This document shows positions 13,468 to 26,086 of a DNA stretch of 64,000 bases, one piece after another. The stretch comes from Takakia lepidozioides. Lineage: Eukaryota; Plantae; Bryophyta. The DNA lies in assembly GCA_030704615.1 (NCBI GenBank), contig CM060732.1:34534001-34598000 (forward strand). The letters are read 5' to 3'. The translations under genes and the position numbers were made by a program. Position 1 is the stretch's first letter. Each line of letters opens with the position of its first letter. The notes under the pieces were generated by a model that worked only from the letters and a program-made list of their open reading frames with translations, was not told where the DNA came from and did no database searches.

Positions 13468-14940
13468 CTAACGCGGAAGCTCCGTGCTACCCATAATGAG
13501 TTTGAAAAGAGTCGACAAATGAGATGCCCCGCACAACAGCTCTTTCAAATTGGTCAACTCAAACTCCACGTTTACACCTTCTCTCTTCTCCATACACACG
13601 GAGATGTATACAAGATTCGGTGCGCACACTTTGAGGGAGTCAGGGCAGGCCAGTTTTAGTTGCAATTTCACCACATTTGGCAAATCTAGATCAACAGTTT
13701 TGGCCTTTGTGCATAGTCCCAAACACAGGACCTTCAGATGCTGCGAAGTCAGGCGAGCTTCCTGGACTCCATGTACGCTGACCAGAGTTAGGGTCTCGAG
13801 GGCTGGCATGCACTCGTTAATGTCCATTAGTGACTTTTCCATCATTTTGATCCACCGCAGTGTCAAACTCTTGGCTTGTGGCAGCACTTGACAGCCTGAT
13901 GTGTCAAGGAACATATTTCTCAGCTCCAACGTCTTCAATCCCTTACCTGTTACCACCACCCACCATGCTATTGAGTTACTCCTAGCATGCCTTCGATCTC
14001 GCTTGCAAAACCAAAAAGTGAAGTGTAAAAATATCCAGTCTTAGACACCTGCACCTATGACAAGCACCCTCTGTGGAAGGGTTGAAAAACAGATCCGTTA
14101 GCTAATGATTCAGCGAGATGACCAAGATCATGGACGAGCTTCACTAAGCTACTTCGGTGTGGGGCCCCAAAGCACCGAGCAGCAACGAAAAAGCTTCAAA
14201 CTGCCGCTCAAAACTTGGGAATACTCTAGTGTAGCCCACCAAACCTGGAGAGAAGGGGGACGGTGATCTTTCTGAAGTGCACAAATTCCTACCGCTGTCG
14301 TACTGACTTGTAAACTCTTGAATCTCCAACTCGAAGATGCTTTTGATTCCACTAGCAATTACTTCCTACCTGCATTTTAGGCACAAAGAGACTTACAATT
14401 CTCTGTCAAAATTCTCAGAATTGGTGTGGGCCTCCAGAAGGCTTGATGTCCATGATCGACAACGCACAGATGTTGCAGCGAGTGTTTGATCGGTTGGACC
14501 CACTTTCTCACGAACGATGGCTCACTCAACCAGAAATCCCAAAACAATTTCTCTTTGTCCTGAAAGGGGTTAGCTTCCATTTCTGGCTCAATCTCTATCC
14601 TCAGCTGCTCCAAATTTCTCATCCGCTGGAGCATCGTAGTCACGGCCACCTTGAAAGAGACAACGTCGTCCCCTTCGGCATCCTCGCAGGATTTGCCCGA
14701 CGCATCTTGCATACCACAGCAATCGTCGTCCTCGTCCTCATCGTCGTCATCATCAGAGTTGATGGGGTACAATTTCCTCACTAGATGGTAATGCCGATTC
14801 AAGCAAACAAGCTGAAGTGATTGAACGTGCTGAACCGCTAGCTGCATGGATTTGCTGACCACATTACAGCGCGCAAGATCCCGCCCATCTCGCACACGGT
14901 TCATCACTTCCGCGAGGACACAGGCCGGAATCACCTGCAT
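13468..14940 (-). CDS. F-box/LRR protein, At4g29420-like; two exons (14940-14397, 13946-13468), probably 3'-truncated
   Basis: F-box MQVIPACVLAEVMNRVRDGRDLARC followed by LRR-like repeats. A GT-AG phase-1 intron joins TENC/KGLKTLEL in frame, giving 340 aa. Confidence 0.8.
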
Positions 14941-17900
14941 AACAAAATCATCGATAGGTTCAAGTGTAGAAACGAATTTGATCCCAGTAATAGTGTGCGG
15001 CGATCCCTGCGAGAAACTTTGATCGCAGGCATACACTCCTGACAGGCATAAACTAAGACCATACAATCCTACCAGCAGACTGGACAAAAAAACTGAGTGA
15101 GACAGAGAGAGACAGAGAGCTAATCTATAAGCTGCAGTACCTCGCAAACTGTAGAATATATGCAACACAACACAACATGCGCAGGTGTGCTCGAAAGATC
15201 TGGCAAATACCAGAGCGCACAAACGGACTGGCATGAAGTAACTTTTTACTTTCATCGCTGTACTACCACACGGAGCCATCAAATCGGCCACCGCGGGCAC
15301 CTTCATAGCCGTCCCCAAATGATCACGGAAATCTCCATAGCGAGGAAAAGCGAGTCTTTCATATATTCCTTAGACGATCACAGTGAAGGGCTCATTGTTC
15401 CAAGTCCCCAGCATGATGCCGACTTACATTACTGGGTCGAAAAGCTTGAGTGTATGCGAATGACAAAAACCTCAGAACATGACGGAACTCTCAAGATCAT
15501 TCGGACGCGTGGAGTGGGGGACCAAAGGCCCGGTGCTTGATATTGTGCATTGTGCAGAGTGATGGATTTACCTCTTCTAACCCGCGTTGAAGCATGGCGC
15601 CGTCCTCGGCGGTTGTCTCCTTCAAGCTCATTGGCTCCTGCGGACAATTACGCGATATCGCATGAGACAATCAATCCTGGAATTCGACGATATCACAAAG
15701 TGGTCCGTTCAACAGCAGAAGCCGCTCATGCCCATGCGACTCCAGTTGAGATTAGGCAACGTAAATATCCAGAATAGTACGGTTTCACCAACTGTCTCTA
15801 CAGCCGAGCTCGAAAGACGAAGAAATGCATAGTTTCAGTCCAGTTTCTTGAGCAAATATGCCCACTGATTGGTGATTTACGGGGACGAGAAGCTAGGCAG
15901 GATAAAAGAGGTCTTGCCACGCCACAGCCACCAGCGGACCGTGGTATGGGGCTGCGGAGTTCAACAGGCATGCAGAAACAAACGGAGAAAAGCTCACAAT
16001 TTCTTCTTGACTCAAGAAACCGACAAGAAAGAGAATTACGGGACAGAAGCAGTGGTTTAAATAACTCACAGGTATCCACTCCTCAGTCTGACGACCCTTA
16101 GCGTCCACTGGAACTGCTGCAGAGACAGCCATGCGATCTGGCTTATCTCATGCAGCGTGCATGACATCTAGGGGTTCAGGAAGACACCAAAGACGAGACT
16201 TTTACTGTCCAGCCACATAAATCTGGCGACTTTGGGGAGGACACTAACGGCACAAATTCAGGTCCCTTACCCTCGCTCATCCAGAGGCACTCTCGGGTAT
16301 TTCGACTCCCCTCCTCGCGAGCGGCGCGAGCTTGCAAATACCACAGCTGCCTGCACACCATACCGACTGTTTCAGGTGCCCTTATAGCGCGAGAGAGACG
16401 ACGGGTCACCCTCTGATCCAACGGGCCTTTCCGTCGCCCGGCTCCAGAAGCAGGGCCCACCTCTCTCGAAACATCGGCCTCATCCCATCAGTCCGTTTCT
16501 TCGGCCATCCAATGGTGTATAATCCTCAAGAAACGGTCAAATCTCATCCACTTTAAAACTCATTCATCAGAACCCTGACGGAGTTTACATTGAAAACCGG
16601 CTACGATTCAATCGAGACCGTCGAGGCCTGTTCACTTCGGACGGAACCTGACCGTCGTCGTGTCCGGCGGGAAAACGCCAAAAAAGCCTTCTCTGCAAAT
16701 TTTCTGAATAGTTTTATTTTTCAATTGTTTAATTTTTACCGATTGCGCAAGCGATGGACGACGACGAGGAATGGAACTATCATCCACGGAAATGGACCAC
16801 ACTGACGAATGACGGACAACGTGAGGCCAAAACCAAACAAAAATCTCAGTTGATTAATAATAAGGAACCTGTCTTTCCAAATAAAGCAAACGGAATTGCT
16901 TTAAGAATTCCATCAATCAACGGCTACTGCCCGGCAGACCTAGCGCCTAAACGCTCCTACCGACAAGTTAGTGCCGGTCTTTAAAACCGGCTCCACCCGG
17001 TGTCCCGGTAACTCGGTGGTGGGCCACCCGGACGAAACCACGTTGCACGAATGGCAGTCGTCGCAAGTGAACCAATATAGTTACACGGATTTCTCCAGTC
17101 ACGTTCTGCCACGTGCGGATTATAGTCCAGGTCCGGGTCGCATGCTGCGTAGTACCCTACACTAATCTACTTTTACTAATTTACGGGCTTCGCACTAATG
17201 TATCTGGGGCTCTGCACTAATATATTTAATTGAACATATTCAATTGAATTCTAATAAATATCTATTTAATTTGTTACTATATATACCATGTATTGAAATC
17301 AATACGTGTACCAATATCAAATTTACATAATACGGGTTTAAAATACATACAATCTTGCTTGTCTTTTCTCTCTAGTATCTGTGGCAAGGCGTAAGTGCTC
17401 ACGAAGCCTGAAGCCTCAGCAAAAGGAAGCATTTGGAGAGGTGCATGCCTCAAAACAAGAGGATCAGATAGGTAGAGGAAGAGCTAAAGTGTATTGTACA
17501 ATGATGCAGGCTTGGGAGGAATGGATCAACATAAAAACCAAGAGACGAATGTCAGCAGATCAAAAGGCCTCCACAGCAGGGCCGTAGTTCATGGTTATAT
17601 TCAAAGACGAATAGGGTAGAGAGCCCAATAGTCACGCAAATAGTAACTTATTGGAGTTATTTCCTAGGGTAAAATAAGGTGAAATGAAATATTATAGTCT
17701 TTTCTGAAAGGGGTTCACCTTATTTATGAGCTGCACTAATCAGCACCTTGAATTGGTCTTTTAATAAAAAGTTACTGGACTCTAAGCTAATCTACACACC
17801 AACAGAAGTACTTGGCTCTTGCCATCTTCACCGTGCATTGTGTTGTATGAAACATGTCTCATCTAGCTTTGTTCAAAAGGATGATCATCTCTCAAGTGGA

Positions 17901-20768
17901 TGGGGGGCTTTTCCATAGTAGCAGCGTAGCAGACTGTTCAAATTTTGAAAGAGTGAGAATCTGGCGCTATTTGGGAATACTGGGCGGGCTGTCTGAATTT
18001 CAAGGATCAGGATGCTATGAAATACTTCATACCAAAATCTGCGGCTGGGGATTGTGGTCCATATGCAATTGTAATAGCCAATGAAAATTATGGAGGCATT
18101 GATAATCACAAGGTCTCTCTGCGTGAGCATACATGGATTGTGCATATCCATAGGGCCCACTCTGCATAAGTAGCTGGTCACGTTTGCGTGAGAAATGGTG
18201 CAGGGCCGGCTTTGGTTGCACGATTCAATGACATGCGGGTAATTGGGCTCTCTACCCTATAGAGGGGTCCTTGTTGAGGTGTTTGGTATCTCGGATCGTG
18301 TTCATATTGGCACAAAGCCAAGGCCATTGAAGGTTGGGTAGCATGTGTGCAGGAAGATTCTTAGGCGAAACTAAGATGTGCTCACGCTATACAAAATGCG
18401 AAACTTTTTGAGATGTTTGCTCACGTGAGCACAAGCCATATAGGTGGGGCTTGGGGACATTTTTATCAGAGCCAATTCCTTAAACCATGTCTGGTAATTA
18501 ATTGTTGTATTTTTTTATCATGTGATGTTCTCGCTCGTAATAGTTCCTAATATGCAAAAATAAACATAATTCATTTTGTTTCGCCCACGATATTGTTGGA
18601 TAATGACCTACCGCAATAATCGCGTGAAGCTTCATTACAAAAGTAAATCAACATGACGCCAAGTGACACCTCGTCAACGAGGATTCCTCTAGTTTTCTTT
18701 AGTACAATCCTTGAAAATCTACATTCTTGATTTATTTCGCTAACGAAACCCGTCACGACTTGCATTGATTATTTGTTTTATTTGGATGGTGTTGGTATTT
18801 GTGGCTTTATGTTCCCTACTGTGTTATTCTTTTGCATAGTACAAATTTATAAGTATATAAAATTTAAAACTTGTAAATATACAGTAAGAAAGCCTCTTTG
18901 CGTATATGAACCCCGTGTCTCTGTCCTTCATATTCTATTTTGTGGAAACATGGGTATCATATTGCCGTTTTTTGTGCTCCCACCTCCATGTTTTTGCGCT
19001 CACATTCTACCAACCCGGGGCCACTAGGTGTAAGAGAAGGGAGACTGGTTGGGAAGTACGAGTCTTTTGTACATGTCACAATCATTCCAAAATGTCACAA
19101 CGATGCAAAAGGAAAAGAGCATGGGAGGAAACTCCCAAGGCTACTCAAATATTGAAGCAATATTTGGATAAGGCTAGGTTTATTGGAAAATGGGGTTCAT
19201 ATGACAATTTGTAGGGGGATTCCTTGGGCAAGGTTTTGGGAGGCCCCGCCCAAGAGTCAAAGTGCCCCGTCACGAGCCCCTTTTGCTGAGGCTTTAGGCT
19301 TCGAGAGCAAGTCTAGGTCTTGCCACATGAGATAGAGGGAGGCAGAGAGAATAGATGGTTATACATTCGAATTCAATTGAATTGTGAGTTGACAATTCAG
19401 TTGAATTGCATATTAGAGTTGAGCTCAAAGTATTTTTTATAGTTCAATTGAATCATGCATTTTTAGTCTCTAATCCATAGAATTGTGATGCATTGCACAT
19501 CAAGATATAGATAGTTAGATTAATAAAAGCCCGACAATTTGTACCCACATTGTTTTTAAAATAAATGCATGGACTTCATGCAAGCCCTGCCGTATAGTAA
19601 TTTTGAATATGTAGTAAAAATCTGGAAGATCACAAAAATTAGTCTATTAATAAATATCAAGGTAACAGGATTTGAGCCCTGAATCACCCAGGTGGCAGGC
19701 AGGTAATACCTGATGGACTTTCATTTATGGCATGCGCAAGAAGTTGACCAGATGTCATTCATTAAGAGACAAAATATTCTCTTGACAGCTGTCTCGATCC
19801 AATTGAAAGTCTAATTGAAAGTATTGGTGCCAAAGCGGCTCAAACCCTTTGCGTAGTCCCGCCTTAGGAAGGCAGGCCCAACAAAATCAAGCAAAAGGCT
19901 TGGATATCTAGGAAGCTCTCTTAGCAAATGTGGCTATTGCATGCGGGCCCACATGGATATTGCATGGCCACTTAAGGTGCCAATTGCATCTAGGGCGCAC
20001 ATTGAGTGCATGCATGGCCAAGGTTCTAGAAGTTCTGAAGTTGCCCCAAAAATAGAGGTATGGACCAAGAGACCAGGAACAACAGCCATCATAAGAGGGA
20101 GGAGGGAGGCTCACTATGGGGTGTTGGCGGTAGAGGTTGGCAAGGCTGATGGCTAGGGGATTCCAAAATGAGCACCATAGAGTAATGTATGATGTCTTTC
20201 TGGGTGCGCCAGTATGGTAGTGACAACGGTAGATGAGATCGAGCTGGCAGTAGAAGTGGGGAAGGGGGATGAACCGACAGATAGACATCCACGGCTTAAG
20301 AGATGATATAAGAACAGCTAAGTGTGATGAAGTGCTTAATTGTCAAAAGACACAGGCAGAGAGAATTAGGGTTGTACCAGATGTGCAGGTATAGGTAAGA
20401 CCCTTCAGTACCACCTGCCTACTAATACATGCCTAATGTTTGGAAATCACCTAGGTGAGGTGCCTAAATAATAAAAACGAATCTGCCTAAGAATATTCCA
20501 TTTTAATTAATTACTAGGCGCGGAAGTGCCTAATAAGATAGGTAAGTACCGTATTCCCTGATTTGACCTTATCATTGACTATATCACCGATTTCAAGCCA
20601 AATGAGTAAGTAAATCATATTAAGAATCACATTGGAGAAAAAACTTACAAAGTAATAATATTAAGCTATTTAAATTTATGGAGCGGGTCATGCAGTTGCA
20701 GATTACCTTGCGGAGTGAACTTCATAAGCAGCCTCGTTATGTCTCAGAATGAACCTCGGAAACAACCG

Positions 20769-20802
<34 letters not shown>
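20769..20802. repeat. (AAT)n microsatellite
   Basis: About 11 perfect trinucleotide units. Confidence 0.95.
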
Positions 20803-20803
<1 letters not shown>

Positions 20804-21117
20804 GCTATTAATAATAATACCCGGAAGGAAGCGTTATTATGGTGTCTCTTGACCCGAAGGACTTCTGCCTTCCCATAGGAAGGTGGACACCTTTGTGACA
20901 CCAAGCGGTGGACGAACCCACAACCACTTCCGACGTGGTATGTGCCCTTTACCAGGCTACAACTTGGTTGTCAACCGATAATATAATCTAGTCATTTCTC
21001 CGGGGAAAGATGGTGGGTTCAAACCTCGCACATGGCATGATGGAAATCATATGTTTAAGGATTTGACATAAGATTTTTGCATCTCCAAAAAATTTCTAAG
21101 TCCCTCAAGCGGATCTT

Positions 21118-21410
21118 CGCTCCCCTATTCCCAATCGCTGCTCCCATATTCCCACATACATACCGCTCCCATGTGTGTCTGCTCCCTGTTCTCCTTGCTC
21201 CCCTATGTTATTGCTCCGCCGCTCCGCCGCTCCGCCGCTCCCCTGTAACCACTCCCCTGTTACTACTCCCCACTCCCCAGTGCTATTGCTCCCCTGTTTT
21301 ACTGCTTCACCGCTCCAATAATAGGGGAGCGGAGGAGCGGGGAGCAATAAAAGGGGAGCGGCGGAGCGGGGAGCAATAACAGGGAGCGGCGGAGCGGGAA
21401 CATGGAGCGT
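21118..21410. repeat. Inverted arrays of GCTCCCC/GGGGAGC motifs (foldback or MITE-like)
   Basis: GCTCC(C) motifs repeat up to about 21316, then switch to the complementary GGAGC motifs from about 21323. Confidence 0.65.
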
Positions 21411-21599
21411 AGGACCCTCGGATGGGCGTGAAGCATACACGAGGGAAGCGGGGGTGGGGATTTGACCGCGGGCCAAGGGGGCCCTCCGGTTAGCTCCGGG
21501 GATCGTAGCGGCAAGCCGTGCACGCGCGCATTCAACTCCCATCCTATGTCTAGTGTAAACCTATTTTCACCAACAAAAAAAACCAAAAACAAAATACAT

Positions 21600-21811
21600 G
21601 GGCACGAGTAACAACGCACAAATCAGGCCCCTTAATTATAGCAAGAGCAGAAAATAACCTCTTTCATCGTAAGCTCGCCATGAGGCTTGCTCATGGGACA
21701 CCACTCAAAGGAAGGGGGAGAAGAACATACGACACCCGACAGACAGCAGGATTTGAACGTAAAATCATTTGGGTAGCACTCAATACAGTATCCCACTGAG
21801 CTACTCACTGG
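21600..21811 (-). mobile_element. tRNA-derived SINE, copy 2
   Basis: Reverse complement reads AGCTCAGTGGG...TTGAGTGCTACCCAAATGATT...GTTCAAATCCTGCT...GAAAGAGGTTATTTTCT...CCTGATTTGTG, colinear with copy 1. Confidence 0.7.
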
Positions 21812-23799
21812 TGGTATATACTGAGAAATATATCATTGCAATAACCGTAGATTAGTACAAAACCAATCAATTTATAAATAGATTAGTGCAAAGCCCGTAG
21901 ATTAGTAAATTATATAGTAGTCCAAAGCTAGTAAATTATAGATATCTGCTGATCGTGGAAATTAGGGCCTGTCGAGTTGTTGAATTTATGACGGGCTGCT
22001 GAGGCGGTTACTATCACCACACCGCCAGTCCTTTCCGCCCCTTCCTTCATCACTACTACTATTTACATGCCTAAACTATAATCAAAACCAGGTAGAAACA
22101 TGTTACCCGCATCTGATTGACATAAACAGGTTGGTATCGCTCAGCCGTCATGCCCGCCAGTACTCCATCGTTGCCATAGCCCTTGGCAACACCACACACT
22201 TAGGTTATTGTGCTTCACTTTCCTTCCTTATCTCCTACTAGTTGCAGCCCGATTTACCAGGCTGCCATTGCCTTCTGCCCTCATCTCCTTCATCACTACC
22301 TCTAATTAGAGGCCTACAACAAGATAAACAAAAAAACACAGAGAACTCGTTCTGTCTTGTCATAAACAGATTGTCTTGCTCGGCATATTCACATGCCTAC
22401 GAACCCTATCTTACAGGTGATCCGATTCATTACCCACTCTACTCATCATTTGAGGTGATCTTCATCGAGTAAGAATCATAAAGCCATGCGGCACCACTTC
22501 CCTTCACCTGTACTTGCACAACACACCACGTGGTCTCCCCCGTAACTTGATCTTTCTGAAACAGATCATCATAAAGAAAGAGGCAGCAACGCCTGCAGCT
22601 GCACATCCTACCAAGCATCGCCCCTTAACTCACTGCTGCACCGCATGCCACGGCGTTCTCCCCGTAAGGTAATTTCCCAAAAATCGATCATTACCAAGAA
22701 GATGGCGGTAGCATTAACACAGAGCTGAATCTGCTCTTTGTGTCCCTGCCTACTCTCCCTGCTCATTCCATTGTTCGCCGCAGAATCCACTAAGTGTTTT
22801 CCTGCCTGCCTACGCTCCCTGCTACACATACTCTTGCTCGTTCTTCTGCTGATGGCACCCCGTAGGGCATTCCCCGCCATCGCGCACAGATGAGGTTTAT
22901 TAATCTCCCGGATGAAAAACACATCTGGCCATTCGTTCATGCTCATGGATGATAAATCACGGATGGATGAAAAATCGCAGGTACTTAGGCTATACCCTGG
23001 CCGAGCGTTTCCCAATGTTCCCATGATGTTCCTTGAACATGGATGAACTTCATTCATCCGATGGATGAAAAATTCCACTGATTCATAGCTTACCTACTTC
23101 CATCAAAGCGACAAATCCTTTCCTCAACTCTTGAAATAACCTGGCAAATATGGAAGTACTCTGCCATCGTTGGGATGATAAATCAGGGATAAAATCTGTC
23201 CATTCAATGGATGAAATAAACTCACGGGGACAGCTCAACTTCATTCCCACTGGTATCAGAGACCCTGTCTTGTAGAAATGTAAAATCTGAACAAGTAACA
23301 ACAAAATTTTTAATGTTACTCCCCTGCATTCACACTACAATATGTCTTCATTTGATGCAACACAATGACGGGTGTGGGACGAGAACGAGGAAGGAGTTGT
23401 AGGCGAGGTCTTAGAAGGTGATGGAACAAAGCGTACCATGAGCCCGCGCCTTCGGGATGTGGCATATGATTATGTGCTGAACAACACAACAACCATGACA
23501 CCATGGAGACAGTGGGTGTAAATTTACATCCCTCCTGTGCTTTTCTTAATGGTCTTTGTATGCTGGAATGACATATACTGTCACAAGTCATTCCGGCCAC
23601 TACGGGAGTGGGATCGTGTACTAACAGGGTGCTTCAGACGACTACAGAGGGTGTTTCGTAGTTGGTGTTGTTGTTTGCAAGTGATTATGAAGTAGGCTGC
23701 ATCACTACAGTGTGCTTGAAAGGGCACAATCTGCATGTGGCATGCATATACAGTACGGTGTTGCTCAGGGGGACTGAGTTACAGCTTCTATTTGGTTTC

Positions 23800-24691
23800 T
23801 ACAAGAAAGTACGCAGCTAAGAAGGTCCGCCTGAAAACAGAACGGAGTGCATTTGCAAAAGCATGGCGGAGGGGCGGTCGTAGGCGCAGATCCCCGATGG
23901 AGTACCCCACAATAATGGATGAGTTGCAGCCCTTTGCAATGTGGGTCAGATCTGCAGTTGCAGTGTACGCATCAGAGAACGAGGACCAAGAGTAGGGCAT
24001 GGTGAGTCTGTCATTCCCCCCGGGGCTGATTGCCATTTCGTACCGCTCAATGAAAGCATATGGCAATCATTATAGAGTGGACGATGCCAACACCAGCCTC
24101 TTGGTGACTTATGACAGCGGAGTGGCATCATTTTTTGAACAAGAGAGTAGGAGCTGTGCACGAGATTGGAATCCAATTTCATGCCATGTGCAATATGTAG
24201 GAGTCATCAAAGAGATCCTTAAACTAGACTATGGTCTTGTAAAGCCAATTCTATTCCGTTGTTCTTGGGTAAAAGCCAATATGGTGGGAGAGAATGCCAC
24301 CATGAAACGGGATGAGTACGGGTTACTCCTTGCTGATTTCAGAAAAATGCTACCACCAGATGAAGAGCCATTCTTCTTCCCATCGCAAGTTGAGCAAGTT
24401 TTCTTTTCAGATGACACCCATGTGCCGGGATGGAAGGTGGTTCTTCACATGGACCCCCGGGCCAAACGAGTCGTGGCCGACGTCCATGATCTAGACCTAG
24501 GGGAGAATGCTGACCATGAGGGTCTAAGGGAACCACGAAATTTACCAGATACGGCCGAACCAGTCTCTTTGGAAGGAGCAGTTACCTTTAATGAGGAAGA
24601 CATTCCAGGGTTGGTAATTACCGCAAGGCAAATTGCAAATGTGGGCAGTGAAGGGGAAGATTCTTTGGATACGGACAGTGAGCCCAGCTGA
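23800..24691 (+). pseudogene. C-terminal part of a CACTA/En-Spm transposase (DUF4216-like)
   Basis: TYDSGV, YVGVIKEILKLDYG, LFRCSWV, EEPFFFPSQVEQVFF and WKVVL are typical of the C-terminus of CACTA TnpD-type proteins. In-frame stop at 23993-23995; N-terminus missing. Confidence 0.8.
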
Positions 24692-24919
24692 ATCTCAGTG
24701 TCCATTAAGCTGGCAGCTCGTAGATGAAAGCTGTGCTAAGGACTTTTACTGTCCTTAGAACCCATTTTGTAAGTCCTACAAGTGCGCAAGGGCGAGATAG
24801 TTAATTGTATCGATAATGTCCCGAAATGTGGTCCGTACTGTCTTGTGAACAAACCTATATTTACTTGCCAATATTGTTTTTGACATGTGAGGAGATGATC
24901 ATTTCATGTACGGCAGGAG

Positions 24920-26086
24920 ATGCCAGTGGTAGAAAAGCCCGTGGTACCAGTACCACAGCAGGTGTCTGTGCAGGTGACTAACCCTATTGCTCCAACAGCC
25001 ACACAGCCTGAGGTATGGGGGGATGCTGCTTTCAACCCACCAAGAACTCATGTTGCACAGGAGTACAATCGGGCTATGATTATGCCATTAAATGAAATTC
25101 CCATTGTCTTGGATTTGGCTTGGAAAGAATTTAGTCCTCCGCAATCGTTGGCATATTACTACCAAATAATGCGCATTTGGTTGCCAGTGGCAACTCGGAC
25201 TAAGGTTCTTCCAAATAATCGACCCATTGAAGATCATAATTTTGCGAGGTACTGGTCTGAGGCAGGTACTATGTTAAAGGAATTGATTGCCTTCCAGGTT
25301 GTTCACGGGTATATCTACACCAAGACCAAAGAGGTATCTAGTTTGGTCATGGGCTGTGGAGTATACTATGCTGCTTATTTCATTGCACGTTATCACATTG
25401 AGCAGCAGAAGATACAGTCAAGATTCTTGAGTTATTCCAGTGGGGATCATTGGATCTTACCTTCAGTGCCACATCATATGTACTTATATGATGCAAAAGT
25501 CATGTTGCAGAAGGATTCCCAACTTCGTTCATGGTTTAACTTGGCTTGGAACAACTTGGCCAAGAAAAAATTGGGCATTGACGATATTTTTTATAAGGGA
25601 CAAGCAGCCTGGAAATACTTACACTGTTCCAAAGTCATTGGAACGCCTCTCACCTATACGGACAAGGAATTCAATGAGTTCACTCATTTCGCTTGTATGC
25701 GCTTACAGCAGGTCGTAAAGTTTAAACTTCCAGACATGGTGGGGCAACACTGTATGCCACGCAGGATTCCGGAGACGCCAAAGAAGATCAGACCACCGAA
25801 AAACCGCAGGACTGATGAGGATTCTGATACTACTGGTTCTTCAGTAGAGGGCGATTTTGACATGACAGAAGAGTATGAATTAGCAATGCAGGACAAACGA
25901 CGACGGGGATCTCCTATGCCTGAGGAGTTACCTCCTTATCAACCAAGGGAGAGGCAAACAATTACAGGTAATGCTCAATCATCTCCATCAGCCAATAACA
26001 GGACACGAGCTCGCACGCACAGTCCTTCAAGAGACTCTCACAGACAGAAGGGTGCTCGCTCACAAAGGTTTGCTGATCCCAAATAG
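24920..26086 (+). CDS. 388-aa ORF of unknown function, probably a CACTA accessory-gene exon
   Basis: Long uninterrupted ORF just downstream of and co-oriented with the transposase fragment. Preceded by an acceptor-like CGGCAG. No motif recognised. Confidence 0.5.
   Translation: MPVVEKPVVPVPQQVSVQVTNPIAPTATQPEVWGDAAFNPPRTHVAQEYNRAMIMPLNEIPIVLDLAWKEFSPPQSLAYYYQIMRIWLPVATRTKVLPNNRPIEDHNFARYWSEAGTMLKELIAFQVVHGYIYTKTKEVSSLVMGCGVYYAAYFIARYHIEQQKIQSRFLSYSSGDHWILPSVPHHMYLYDAKVMLQKDSQLRSWFNLAWNNLAKKKLGIDDIFYKGQAAWKYLHCSKVIGTPLTYTDKEFNEFTHFACMRLQQVVKFKLPDMVGQHCMPRRIPETPKKIRPPKNRRTDEDSDTTGSSVEGDFDMTEEYELAMQDKRRRGSPMPEELPPYQPRERQTITGNAQSSPSANNRTRARTHSPSRDSHRQKGARSQRFADPK

Noticed and set aside
14941-15318. 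N-terminal extension of the F-box ORF
   Set aside because: Family similarity starts at the ATG at 14940; upstream sequence looks like UTR or intron.
22600-23320. ATGGATGA-rich stretch resembling the hAT MITE at 562-842
   Set aside because: No TIR pair or TSD could be located.
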